Origin: Faecousia sp.
GTDB taxonomy: Bacteria; Bacillota; Clostridia; Oscillospirales; Oscillospiraceae
Length of the DNA: 64,000 nucleotides
Assembly: GCA_045594945.1 (NCBI GenBank)
Contig: JAZNZO010000098.1
Coordinates: 335 to 64,334, forward strand
Reading direction: 5' to 3'
The notes below the pieces were generated by a model, which did not search any database, had not been told where the DNA came from, and saw only the letters and a program-made list of their open reading frames with translations. Shown in pieces: positions 9,281 through 18,163 of the stretch. Position 1 is the stretch's first letter. The number at the start of each line of letters is the position of its first letter. Position numbers and translations under genes: made by a program.

Positions 9281-10084
9281 ATGAAAGTAGGATTTATCGG
9301 TACCGGTAATATGGGCGGCGCGCTGGTCCGCGCTGCAAGCAAGGCTTTTGACCCCACAAACATTTGGATTGCCAATCGAACAGAAGAAAAAAGTGTGGCA
9401 TTGGCAGAAGAAACGGGGTGCCGAGTCAGCAATCCGGAAGAAATTGCCAAGGTTTGTGACATGGTTTTCCTGGGAGTGAAGCCCCAGGGAATGGAAGGGC
9501 TGCTTTCTACCCTTGGGTCTGTTTTTAAGGCGCGGAAAGAGGAATTTACCCTGGTGAGTATGGCGGCAGGTTTGGAAATTGCCACTTTGCAAACGATGGC
9601 TGGGGGGAACTACCCTGTTATCCGTATGATGCCCAACACCCCGGTGGCAGTGGGGGAAGGGGTTATCCTTTATGATTGCTCTGAAGAAGTTACCCGGCAG
9701 GCAGAAACCTTCTTTGTGGATCTTTTCCGCTATGCGGGCTTACGGGATAAATTGCCGGAAGCACTGATAGATGCAGGCACATCCGTAGCCGGTTGCGGCC
9801 CTGCCTTCGCAGCCCTTTTTGCAGAAGGGTTGGCAAAGGGGGCAGAAAAGTTGGGCTTGCCCCCGGAAAAGGCTACCCTTTATGCGGCTCAAATGCTGTG
9901 GGGAACGGGCAAACTGATTGCGGTTTCCGGTAAGACCCCGGAAAAAATTCGCCAGGAAGTTTGCTCTCCCGGCGGCTCCACCATTGAAGGCGTAAAGGTC
10001 TTCCAGCAGGCTGGCTTAGAAGAAATCGCCGTCCGGGCGGTAGAAAAAGCCTATCTTCGCAATAAAGAACTGGGAAAGAAATAA
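9281..10084 (+). CDS. proC: Pyrroline-5-carboxylate reductase
   Basis: MKVGFIGTGNMGGAL Rossmann motif and the C-terminal SPGGSTIEG signature. AAGGAG lies before ATG 9281. Confidence 0.9.
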   Translation: MKVGFIGTGNMGGALVRAASKAFDPTNIWIANRTEEKSVALAEETGCRVSNPEEIAKVCDMVFLGVKPQGMEGLLSTLGSVFKARKEEFTLVSMAAGLEIATLQTMAGGNYPVIRMMPNTPVAVGEGVILYDCSEEVTRQAETFFVDLFRYAGLRDKLPEALIDAGTSVAGCGPAFAALFAEGLAKGAEKLGLPPEKATLYAAQMLWGTGKLIAVSGKTPEKIRQEVCSPGGSTIEGVKVFQQAGLEEIAVRAVEKAYLRNKELGKK

Positions 10085-10090
10085 AAAGAT

Positions 10091-10117
10091 GCCGCACACG
10101 GATTTTCCGTGTGCGGC
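10091..10117. terminator. Bidirectional terminator between proC and folT
   Basis: gccgcacacgg-atttt-ccgtgtgcggc with flanking A/T runs. Confidence 0.8.
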
Positions 10118-10127
10118 AAACGTTTAT

Positions 10128-11174
10128 TTAGTTTAGTTCGAAGGAAACCACATCGCCGGCCTTGTCCACTACGATGGTGGCGTAAGACTGGAAGGTGAGG
10201 TTTTCATCTTTCTTGGCTTTGGATTTGGAATACTTCCAGCAGGCATCTTCCTGCTCCTGCGTCATAGGCGTATTCACAGAGTAAATAGCGGCGGAGTAGG
10301 TAATTTTGCCGGTGAAGAATTCTTTGAAAGCGCTTTCTACTATGGTGATGGTTTCCACATTGTCGTATTCATCGGACTGCTCGATTACCAGTTCCTGCAT
10401 CAGATGGTTTTTGGCCACCCGCTCGGAAACGGAGTAGGATGCGGAAAGAGACTTGGTCTGATAGTGGTAATTCAGGTAGGTAAGCAGACCGCCTATGCCA
10501 ACGGCAAACAGGGTCAGCAGAAGGGCAAACTGCTTGGTGGTAAATTTCATACTATTCTTATCCGCAGAGGGATCGTGGGTAAGACCCAGTTTATAAGTAA
10601 CAGGAACGATTACAGACAGGAACAGGGTCAGCACGAAGGCCTCAATGGGGAACATGCACAAATTCTTGATGATGGCGGGCAGAAGCATTTCCACATAACT
10701 CTTCTGATAGAATACCTGGAAGTACCAGAACATAACAGCACTGTTAAGAATGATGTTCACAAACAGATCCATGCAGAACCGGGCAAGGATGACCCGGGTG
10801 GGACGCATCTTGGTCCGGTAGAAGAACAGAGCGAACAGCACAGAGCCGGCTACTTCCACGAACATACAGGGCAGAAAATAGGGGCCCTGAGGGAAGATAA
10901 TACAGCCCAGAGTGTCGGATACACAGGCGGCCAGAGCAGCCACTACAGGGCCAAAGATCATAGCGCCCAGGGCGTTAATCAAGGGGGCGGCCACATTGAT
11001 GTTTAGGTTGGGAGCCAGGGGAATGACGATGGTCTTCAGGGCCACGCGAAGGGCGATCAGCAGGGCGGCAATCACCAGGGTTCTGGTGCTTTTCAGTTCG
11101 GCGGCGGCATCACGCCAGTAGGCCTTGGAGAAGGGGTGGGAATAGAGCGTTCTGTTTTTTTCTTTGGTTGCCAT
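10128..11174 (-). CDS. folT: ECF-transporter S component, folate family, with extra C-terminal TM helix and about 110-aa soluble domain
   Basis: The N-terminal ~200 aa form a six-helix S-component-like core. The gene lies directly downstream of a THF riboswitch. AAGGAGG lies before ATG 11174. Confidence 0.7.
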   Translation of the reverse strand: MATKEKNRTLYSHPFSKAYWRDAAAELKSTRTLVIAALLIALRVALKTIVIPLAPNLNINVAAPLINALGAMIFGPVVAALAACVSDTLGCIIFPQGPYFLPCMFVEVAGSVLFALFFYRTKMRPTRVILARFCMDLFVNIILNSAVMFWYFQVFYQKSYVEMLLPAIIKNLCMFPIEAFVLTLFLSVIVPVTYKLGLTHDPSADKNSMKFTTKQFALLLTLFAVGIGGLLTYLNYHYQTKSLSASYSVSERVAKNHLMQELVIEQSDEYDNVETITIVESAFKEFFTGKITYSAAIYSVNTPMTQEQEDACWKYSKSKAKKDENLTFQSYATIVVDKAGDVVSFELN

Positions 11175-11206
11175 AGATTTAACCTCCTTAAATTGATGGC
11201 CACCCG

Positions 11207-11234
11207 ATAAAAAAGCCCGTACCAATGGTACGGG
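11207..11234 (-). terminator. Intrinsic terminator forming the expression platform of the THF riboswitch
   Basis: Minus strand reads CCCGUACC-AUU-GGUACGGG followed by CUUUUUUAU, about 35 nt upstream of the folT start. Confidence 0.7.
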
Positions 11235-11328
11235 AGTGTATTACAGGATGGCCGGTGGGCTGGCGGACACAAGGCCGGCCTTTCGCCCAACCGAGTATCG
11301 TTGCTACATAAAGGAGAGTCTCCATTAT

Positions 11329-11434
11329 GGCGCAGCGGGTGCGGATACCTCATCGCGGGCAAAAGCCCTTCGTCTGTCACTCAACTCCCCATTTTGACAG
11401 CACTTCACGCGAGGAATCCTACTCTGTTGCCCCC
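11329..11434 (-). promoter_or_regulatory. THF (tetrahydrofolate) riboswitch aptamer
   Basis: Minus-strand RNA reads ACAGAGUAGGAUUCCUCGCGUGAAGUGCUGUCAAAAUGGGGAGUUGAGUGACAGACGAAGGGCUUUUGCCCGCGAUGAGGUAUCCGCACCCGCUG. It carries the conserved THF elements AGAGUAG, CGCGU-AAGUG, AAUGGGR, ACGAAG and AUCCGC in the same order as the E. siraeum aptamer I remember. It sits upstream of a folate transporter. Confidence 0.8.
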
Positions 11435-11441
11435 ATCATAC

Positions 11442-11470
11442 ACTATAAGGAAGAAAAAGTAAATCCCCAA
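11442..11470 (-). promoter_or_regulatory. Candidate promoter for the riboswitch-folT transcript
   Basis: Minus-strand TTGGGG, 17 nt, TATAGT. The -10 ends about 7 nt before the aptamer 5' end. Confidence 0.4.
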
Positions 11471-11539
11471 TTTCCGTTTTTCGATAAAGTTTTCCCAAAA
11501 GAGAACGGGAAAGAGGGCAATAAAGCCCCAAAGACAAGC

Positions 11540-11583
11540 AACTCGGGCCTGTAGGCGTACGAGGGTACGTTAAGGCCCGAGTT
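11540..11583. repeat. Nested GC-rich hairpin with GTAG head (REP-like)
   Basis: Outer stem aactcgggcc / ggcccgagtt encloses GTAGGCGTAC-gagg-GTACG. A cttgc-gaa-gcaag mini-hairpin follows at 11603-11615. Confidence 0.5.
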
Positions 11584-11663
11584 GTGCAGTAAGTCAAAAC
11601 GCCTTGCGAAGCAAGCATTCATTTCTCTTGAAAGCAGATACCTATCCGTACTTATGAAAAGTG

Positions 11664-11719
11664 CAAAAATAGTAGAACCCCCAAATCATCAAATAGGCGT
11701 TTTGACGATTTGGGGGTTT
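11664..11719 (-). terminator. Rubrerythrin terminator
   Basis: 12-bp stem aacccccaaatc / gatttgggggtt, followed on the minus strand by a T-run. Confidence 0.65.
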
Positions 11720-11728
11720 AGTGACCTC

Positions 11729-12268
11729 TTAGTAATTCTCGGCGTGAATTTGGAAATATGCCTGGGGATGGTTGCAGGTGGGGCAGATTTCTGGAGCCTC
11801 AGTGCCAACCATGATGTGGCCGCAATTGCGGCATTCCCACACCTTCACAGAACTCTTCTTGAAGACTTCTGCCGTTTCTACATTCTTCAGCAGGGCGCGG
11901 TAACGCTCTTCGTGGTGCTTTTCCACTTCTGCTACCAGGCGGAAGCGCTGGGCAAGTTCGGGGAAGCCTTCTTCTTCAGCAGTCTTGGCAAAGCCTGCGT
12001 ACATATCGGTCCACTCATAGTTTTCGCCGGCGGCGGCAGAAGCCAGGTTCTGGGCAGTATCGCCTAAGCCGTCCAGTTCCTTAAACCACAGTTTGGCGTG
12101 TTCCTTTTCATTGTCGGCAGTAGCCAAAAACAGTGCGGCAATCTGCTCATAGCCTTCTTTTTTAGCCTTGGAGGCAAAGTAGGTATACTTATTTCTTGCT
12201 TCGGATTCGCCGGAAAAAGCGGCCATCAAGTTCTTTTCGGTCTGGGTGCCTGCGTATTTGTTTGCCAT
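11729..12268 (-). CDS. rbr: Rubrerythrin
   Basis: Ferritin-like N-domain ([18 protein letters not shown]) plus a C-terminal rubredoxin-like [10 protein letters not shown]...[18 protein letters not shown] lies before ATG 12268. Confidence 0.9.
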   Translation of the reverse strand: MANKYAGTQTEKNLMAAFSGESEARNKYTYFASKAKKEGYEQIAALFLATADNEKEHAKLWFKELDGLGDTAQNLASAAAGENYEWTDMYAGFAKTAEEEGFPELAQRFRLVAEVEKHHEERYRALLKNVETAEVFKKSSVKVWECRNCGHIMVGTEAPEICPTCNHPQAYFQIHAENY

Positions 12269-12334
12269 AGGAAAATCCTCCTTTGTGTGATTTGGTATGT
12301 ATTTAGTATAGCACATTTTTCCAATAAATAAAGT

Positions 12335-12799
12335 CTAATTTAGCAAATATACCCCTAAATTTAGATAGCCGGCAAAGGTAACCCAAAGAAGGTATGGCAG
12401 CAGCGTATCCGATGCCCGCTCGTCAATGGCGTTGAAAGCCCGCATAGTCAGGAAAATCAGCACCCAAAGGATGCATAGCAGGAAAAAGGCGGTGAGCCGC
12501 CAGCCCAGCCGGAAGAAAGTCAGCGGCCACAGGAAATTGAAAACCAACTGTACCCCATATAGGATAAGGGCATTTCGTTTTTGTTTGGGGTCGGCGTCGG
12601 CGTTATAAATCCGATAACTGCCATAGCCCATCAGCAGATAAAGTACAGTCCAAACAACAGGGAACACCCAGGCCGGTGGGGACAGGGGCGGCTGTATAAG
12701 AGTCTGATATTGCATCATATCTCCACCTGCCAGGGCAGCAAGCCCGCCCACTGCCAGGGGAATGAATAAAAAGAGTAGAAGTTTCCAGTTTGGTTTCAT
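12335..12799 (-). CDS. tspO: TspO/MBR family tryptophan-rich sensory protein
   Basis: Five TM helices with PPAWVFPVVWTVLYLLMGY and YLLWVTFAGYLN motifs. AGGAGGGA lies before ATG 12799. Confidence 0.8.
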   Translation of the reverse strand: MKPNWKLLLFLFIPLAVGGLAALAGGDMMQYQTLIQPPLSPPAWVFPVVWTVLYLLMGYGSYRIYNADADPKQKRNALILYGVQLVFNFLWPLTFFRLGWRLTAFFLLCILWVLIFLTMRAFNAIDERASDTLLPYLLWVTFAGYLNLGVYLLN

Positions 12800-12948
12800 A
12801 AGCATCCCTCCTGCTACCATTGTATCGGGCCTCCGGAGGGAATATCCATAAAATATGGTTGCAATAGGCATTTTGGGCCATTATAATATAGACAGAGAGG
12901 GCACGAACCGAAAGAGCCTCTCAGCCTAAGTAGAAAGATGGTAATGGT

Positions 12949-13815
12949 ATGAAATCCAAAGTATATTTTACTTCCGAAATTACCCCCCAGTCTGTGTTGG
13001 GGCTCTATAAGCGCTTGGGAAAGAAGCTTCCCGGAAATGTGGCGATTAAGGTCCATTCCGGTGAGCCGGGAAATCAGAATTTCCTGCGGCCGGACTTTTG
13101 GAAGCCTATGGTAGAATATGTAGGCGGTACCATTGTAGAATGCAACACCGCCTATAAGGGCGGCCGGCACGATAAAAAGCACCATATGGAAACCTTCCAA
13201 AAACACGGCTGGCTGGACTACTTCCCTGTAGACCTTCTGGATGCAGAAGGGCCGGATTTGGCGTTGGATATCCCTGATGGCAAAGTTCTTTCCAAGAATT
13301 ATGTGGGCAAAGAGTTGGTCAATTACCAAAGCACCCTGGTGCTGTCCCACTTCAAGGGTCACCCAATGGGAGGCTTTGGCGGCGCTGTGAAGCAACTATC
13401 CATCGGCTATGCATCTGCTTACGGAAAGAAGAATATTCACGGGGCAGGCAACCCGGAAGACCCCTGGGGCGCAAAAACGGAAGATTTTATGCGGGCTATG
13501 GCAGAGTCTGCCAAGAGCGTGGCGGACTTCTTTGGAGGCAAGTCGGTCTATATCAATGTGATGAAGAACCTGAGTGTGGACTGCGACTGCTGCTCTGTGG
13601 CGGAAGATCCCTGTATGAAGGATATCGGCGTGCTGATCTCCACCGACCCGGTGGCAATCGACCAGGCTTGCGTTGACCTCATCTATGCCTCCAAAGACCC
13701 CGGAAGGGATCATATGGTGGAGCGGATCGAAAGCAGGAAGGGCATTCTGACCCTGGAAGCTGCAGAAGCTATTGGCCTTGGAAACCGGGACTACGAACTG
13801 TTCTTTGAGGGCTAA
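12949..13815 (+). CDS. DUF362-like protein with Cys cluster
   Basis: 288 aa. The layout resembles the DUF362 family. The Cys cluster is VDCDCCSVAEDPC. Confidence 0.55.
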   Translation: MKSKVYFTSEITPQSVLGLYKRLGKKLPGNVAIKVHSGEPGNQNFLRPDFWKPMVEYVGGTIVECNTAYKGGRHDKKHHMETFQKHGWLDYFPVDLLDAEGPDLALDIPDGKVLSKNYVGKELVNYQSTLVLSHFKGHPMGGFGGAVKQLSIGYASAYGKKNIHGAGNPEDPWGAKTEDFMRAMAESAKSVADFFGGKSVYINVMKNLSVDCDCCSVAEDPCMKDIGVLISTDPVAIDQACVDLIYASKDPGRDHMVERIESRKGILTLEAAEAIGLGNRDYELFFEG

Positions 13816-13817
13816 GC

Positions 13818-14183
13818 ATGGGATGCGGTAACTGTAACGGAAATTGTGAACACTGCGGCGGCTGCGCCGGTCACCTGGTGGTGAGTCCGGTGGAATGGGC
13901 ACTCCTGCAAAAACTGGCAGAAATTCCCTTCCTGCCGGTGGCTCGGAGCGCCGGGGAAAATAAGCCTGTTTATTTCCCGGAAGCAGAAGATGGGGAAGAT
14001 TACAGCCTGGTTTTAACCTGCCTGGAGAAGAAGGGACTTATCAGCCTGGATTATGATATTCCCCTAAAAGGGGACTGGGACAGCCGATATGCAGCCTACC
14101 CCATTCGGGGCAGTATGGCCCTTACCCTGCGGGGGCAGCAGGTGCTTGACCTGGTGGACAAGCAGGGGTTTGAGGAAGCATAA
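13818..14183 (+). CDS. Hypothetical protein with N-terminal CGNCNGNCEHCGGC cysteine cluster
   Basis: It starts 2 nt after the DUF362 stop and ends in a TAATG overlap with the PPTase gene. It has five Cys in the first 16 residues. Confidence 0.5.
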   Translation: MGCGNCNGNCEHCGGCAGHLVVSPVEWALLQKLAEIPFLPVARSAGENKPVYFPEAEDGEDYSLVLTCLEKKGLISLDYDIPLKGDWDSRYAAYPIRGSMALTLRGQQVLDLVDKQGFEEA

Positions 14184-14758
14184 TGGTCTATATCTTTGAA
14201 AATCTTTCCCTTTGCACCCCAAAGTGGCTGGAAGAAAGGGAAAAGACATTACCCCACTGGCGGCGGGAAAAAGTGGAAACCTTACAAAAGCAGGAAGATA
14301 AAGTTCGGTCTGTGGCGGCATTTCTTCTTCTGCAGAGAGCTTTGCGGGATTTGGGAATAGATGCTGTGCCTGCATTTTCCTATGAGGATTGGGGCAAGCC
14401 TTATTTTCCCGGATATCCTGTTCATTTCAGCTTGAGTCACGGAAAAAATGCCGTTGCCTGCGCCGTTGGTGATCGCCCGGTTGGCATAGATGTGCAGGAT
14501 AAAGTGGCGTTTTCCCCTCGGCTGGCGAACAGGATTTGCACAGAGGAAGAGAGCAAAGCGCTACAAAAAGCAACGGACAAGGATTTGGCGCTGACCGCTC
14601 TTTGGACAAAAAAAGAAGCCCTTGCCAAGTGCTCAGGCAAGGGGCTGGGAGAGCGGTTTTCTTCTTTGGAAGGGGATGTATTTACCTTTCACCGCCCGGG
14701 CTACTGCTTGAGTGTAACGGAAGAAAACCCCAGAATTTGCATCCTGAATGAACTGTAA
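14183..14758 (+). CDS. 4'-phosphopantetheinyl transferase, Sfp type
   Basis: Motifs GKPYFPG, PVGIDVQ and WTKKEALAKCSGKG (W/FxxKEAxxK). Confidence 0.75.
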   Translation: MVYIFENLSLCTPKWLEEREKTLPHWRREKVETLQKQEDKVRSVAAFLLLQRALRDLGIDAVPAFSYEDWGKPYFPGYPVHFSLSHGKNAVACAVGDRPVGIDVQDKVAFSPRLANRICTEEESKALQKATDKDLALTALWTKKEALAKCSGKGLGERFSSLEGDVFTFHRPGYCLSVTEENPRICILNEL

Positions 14759-14787
14759 AAACTGCCACCCAACGGGTGGCAGTTTTT
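14757..14787. terminator. Bidirectional terminator between the PPTase gene and trxB
   Basis: aaaaactgccaccc-aac-gggtggcagttttt. Confidence 0.8.
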
Positions 14788-14789
14788 GC

Positions 14790-15701
14790 TTAATCCAAAT
14801 ATCTGCAGGCCGCCATTGCAGCGATGGCACCGTCAGCAGAGGCGGTTACCACCTGGCGGATGTACTTACTGCGGCAGTCACCGGCCACAAACAGACCCTC
14901 AGTCTTGGTGCGGCAGTCCTCTGCGGAGTCGAAGTAGCCCCAGGCATTCAGGTCAGCATGCTCCCGGAAGGGGTCATTTTCCGGCATCAAACCCACTGCA
15001 AGGAACGCACCGTTTACGGCAATTGCAAATTCTTCTCCGGTCTTATCATTGTGAAGCCGGAGACCGGACAGCGCGCCGTCGGTGGTTTCATAACCGGCTA
15101 CCACCGTATTGAAGTAGGCAGTCACATTTTCTTTTTGCATCAGGGCGTCGGATAGTTTCTTTTCTCCGGTGAAACCGGCCAGGTTCTGCACCACAGTAAC
15201 CTTGGTGCAAACCTCGCTCAAAAGAAGGGCTTCCTGCAGAGCAGAGTTGCCGCCGCCAATCATAGCCACTTCCTGGCCAGCATAGAAAGCACCGTCGCAG
15301 ACAGCGCAGAAGGAAATGCCATTGCCGATTAGTTCTTCTTCCCCGGGCAGGCCCAAGGTCCGGTGTTTTACACCTACAGCAAGGATAACGGTCTTACCAT
15401 AGAAAGCACTGCCTTCTTCCGTGTGAACGGTGAAACCCTCGGTGGTTTTCTCCACCCGGATAACCTTTTCCAGTTCCATATCTGCGCCCAGAGCCATCGT
15501 CTGGTCGGTCAGGTGGTCGGCAAATTCGGCACCGCTGATAACTTTCGTGCCGGGGATGTTTTCCACCTTGGGGGAAAAGGCGATTTGCCCGCCAAAGCCG
15601 TTCTTTTCGATGACCAAAACGGTCTTACCGGCCCGAAGACCGTAAATGGCGGCAGTTAATCCTGCAGGGCCGCCGCCTACGATCACGATGTCATATGTCA
15701 T
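14790..15701 (-). CDS. trxB: Thioredoxin-disulfide reductase (low-Mr type)
   Basis: VIVGGGPAGLTAA, redox-active CAVCDG, and the second dinucleotide motif MIGGGNSALQEA. Confidence 0.9.
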   Translation of the reverse strand: MTYDIVIVGGGPAGLTAAIYGLRAGKTVLVIEKNGFGGQIAFSPKVENIPGTKVISGAEFADHLTDQTMALGADMELEKVIRVEKTTEGFTVHTEEGSAFYGKTVILAVGVKHRTLGLPGEEELIGNGISFCAVCDGAFYAGQEVAMIGGGNSALQEALLLSEVCTKVTVVQNLAGFTGEKKLSDALMQKENVTAYFNTVVAGYETTDGALSGLRLHNDKTGEEFAIAVNGAFLAVGLMPENDPFREHADLNAWGYFDSAEDCRTKTEGLFVAGDCRSKYIRQVVTASADGAIAAMAACRYLD

Positions 15702-15750
15702 AGTTTACACCTCATTAGGAAGGGCCGGGAAAACCCGGCCCTTATTGTGA

Positions 15751-18135
15751 TTAAAGACTTGCCAAGTATTTCTTAATTTCGGGTACGCTGTAGTAGTTTA
15801 CACTGTTTTCCCCGTCGGTGATGACCAGGGTGGGTGCGCCCTTCACACCGTAGGTTCTGCACAAATCCAGATTGTCATCTGCAATCAACTTTTCATATTC
15901 TACGCCTGCTTTTGCCAGCAGGTTTTCTGCTACACGGCAGTTGGGGCAGGTGACCCGGGAGAAAAGCATTGCCTTAGCGGCCTTGGGAGCGCAGGCACAT
16001 TCTGCCTTGGCGTCTTCGATAATCTTCAGTTCGCCCATATCCGGTTTGCCATGAGTCAGTACGCTGGTTTCGATGTTATAAACCTTCCGGTGCTTGTATT
16101 CCTGGGTCTTACCGGCGTTCCAGTTCTGTACCGGGCGGTAGTAACCGGTGATACGGCTGTAGACTTCGGTGGTCTCGCCGCACTCGGGGCAGGTGTGAAC
16201 TTCACCGGCAATATAGCCGTGCTTGCGGCAAACAGAATAGGTGGGGGACATGGTGTAGTAGGGCAGCTTGTAGTTTTCTGCAATTTTGCGCACCAGCTTT
16301 GCAGCGGCCTGCCAGTCGGGCAGCTTCTCACCCAGGAAGGCGTGGAAGACAGTGCCGGAAGTGTACAGGGTCTGCAGGTTGTCCTGGATGTCCAGAGCAG
16401 CGAAAATATCGTCGGTATAGCCAACGGGCAGGTGGCTGGAGTTGGTGTAGTAGGGGGTATCGTCACCTTCGGAAGCGGTGATGATGTCCGGATACCGCTT
16501 TACATCGTGCTTGGCAAGGCGGTAAGAGGTGGACTCAGCGGGAGTGGCTTCCAGGTTGTACAGGTCGCCGTACTTTTCCTGATAGTCAGACAGACGCTCA
16601 CGCATATGGTTCAGCACTTCGGCGGTGAAGTCCTGGGCTTCTTTCTTGGTCAGGTCAGCACCGATCCACTTGGCGTTCAGACAGCATTCGTTCATACCCA
16701 CAAGGCCGATGGTGGAGAAGTGGTTGTTGAAAGTGCCCAAGTAGCGCTTGGTGTAGGGATACAGGCCTTCGTCCAGCAGTTTGGTAATAACACTGCGCTT
16801 GACCTTCAGAGAACGGGCAGCAATGTCCATTACGTGGTTCAGACGCTTGTAGAAGTCTTTTTTGTCAGTGGCCAGGTAGCCAAGACGGGGCATATTGATG
16901 GTAACAACGCCGATAGAACCGGTGGATTCGCCGGAACCGAAGAAACCGCCGGACTTCTTCCGCAGTTCACGCAGGTCAAGGCGCAGACGGCAGCACATGG
17001 AGCGCACGTCGCTGGGCTCCATATCGGAGTTGATGTAGTTGGAGAAATAGGGAGTGCCGTACTTGGCAGTCATTTCAAACAGGAGCTTGTTGTTCTCGGT
17101 TTCGCTCCAGTCAAAGTTCTGGGTGATGGAGTAGGTGGGAATGGGATACTGGAAGCCCCGGCCGTTGGAGTCGCCCTCAATCATGATTTCGATGAAGGCC
17201 TTATTGACAAGGCGCATTTCTTCCACGCAGTCACCGTAGGTGAAGTCCATTTCCTTGCCGCCAACAATGGCAGGCAGGTCGGCCAGGTCCTTGGGGACAG
17301 TCCAGTCCAAAGTGATGTTGGAGAACGGTGCCTGGGTGCCCCAACGGGAGGGGGTGTTGACGCCGTAAACGAAGGACTGGATGCACTGCTTCACTTCTTT
17401 ATAGGTCAGATTGTCAACCTTTACGAAGGGAGCAAGATAGGTATCGAAAGAGGAGAATGCCTGGGCACCGGCCCATTCATTTTGCATAATGCCCAGGAAG
17501 TTAACCATCTGGGAGCAGAGGGTGGACAGGTGCTTGGCGGGGGCAGAGGTGATCTTGCCTGGGATACCGCCCAAGCCTTCCTGAATGAGCTGCTTTAGAC
17601 TCCAGCCTGCGCAGTAGCCGGTGAGCATGCTCAGGTCGTGGATGTGCATATCACAGTTGCGGTGGGCTTCACCAATCTGCTCGTCGTAAATTTCGCTGAG
17701 CCAGTAGTTGGCGGTGACCGCACCGGAGTTGGAAAGAATCAGACCGCCAACAGAGTATGTAACGGTGGAGTTTTCCTTTACACGCCAGTCCAGCGCCTTC
17801 AGGTACTGGTTGACAGTGGACTTGTAATCCAGGTAGGTGGAGGTCATATTGCGGAGTTTTTCTCTCTGCTTCCGGTACAGGATGTAGGCCTTGGCCACAT
17901 TCTCGTAACCGCCCTGGGAAAGAACGGCTTCCACGCTGTCCTGAATATCTTCGACGCTGACAATACCGTCTTTGATTTTGTTCAGGAAGTTGGCGCTGAC
18001 CCGCAGAGTCAGAAAATCAATGACACTGTCGGTGTAGGGAGTTTCGGTTGCATCAAAAGCCTTTTTGATGGCGTCGGCAATCTTTTTCATATCAAATTCT
18101 ACGATATTGCCGTCACGCTTCAGAATTTTGTACAT
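15751..18135 (-). CDS. nrdD: Anaerobic ribonucleoside-triphosphate reductase (class III) with C-terminal glutaredoxin/NrdH-like domain
   Basis: N-terminal ATP-cone (MYKILKRDGNIVEFD), Zn site CRKHGY...CPECG, and glycyl-radical motif SRITGYYRPV. An extra ~107 aa follows with TCPNC ... GVKGAPTLVI. AAGGAGAG lies before ATG 18135. Confidence 0.9.
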   Translation of the reverse strand: MYKILKRDGNIVEFDMKKIADAIKKAFDATETPYTDSVIDFLTLRVSANFLNKIKDGIVSVEDIQDSVEAVLSQGGYENVAKAYILYRKQREKLRNMTSTYLDYKSTVNQYLKALDWRVKENSTVTYSVGGLILSNSGAVTANYWLSEIYDEQIGEAHRNCDMHIHDLSMLTGYCAGWSLKQLIQEGLGGIPGKITSAPAKHLSTLCSQMVNFLGIMQNEWAGAQAFSSFDTYLAPFVKVDNLTYKEVKQCIQSFVYGVNTPSRWGTQAPFSNITLDWTVPKDLADLPAIVGGKEMDFTYGDCVEEMRLVNKAFIEIMIEGDSNGRGFQYPIPTYSITQNFDWSETENNKLLFEMTAKYGTPYFSNYINSDMEPSDVRSMCCRLRLDLRELRKKSGGFFGSGESTGSIGVVTINMPRLGYLATDKKDFYKRLNHVMDIAARSLKVKRSVITKLLDEGLYPYTKRYLGTFNNHFSTIGLVGMNECCLNAKWIGADLTKKEAQDFTAEVLNHMRERLSDYQEKYGDLYNLEATPAESTSYRLAKHDVKRYPDIITASEGDDTPYYTNSSHLPVGYTDDIFAALDIQDNLQTLYTSGTVFHAFLGEKLPDWQAAAKLVRKIAENYKLPYYTMSPTYSVCRKHGYIAGEVHTCPECGETTEVYSRITGYYRPVQNWNAGKTQEYKHRKVYNIETSVLTHGKPDMGELKIIEDAKAECACAPKAAKAMLFSRVTCPNCRVAENLLAKAGVEYEKLIADDNLDLCRTYGVKGAPTLVITDGENSVNYYSVPEIKKYLASL

Positions 18136-18163
18136 GGGACTGCTCTCCTTTTCTTTCTGTTTT

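Noticed and set aside
11582-12067. 161-aa plus-strand ORF overlapping rubrerythrin.
   Set aside because: It is antisense to an unmistakable rbr gene, has no RBS, and begins inside the REP-like hairpin region.
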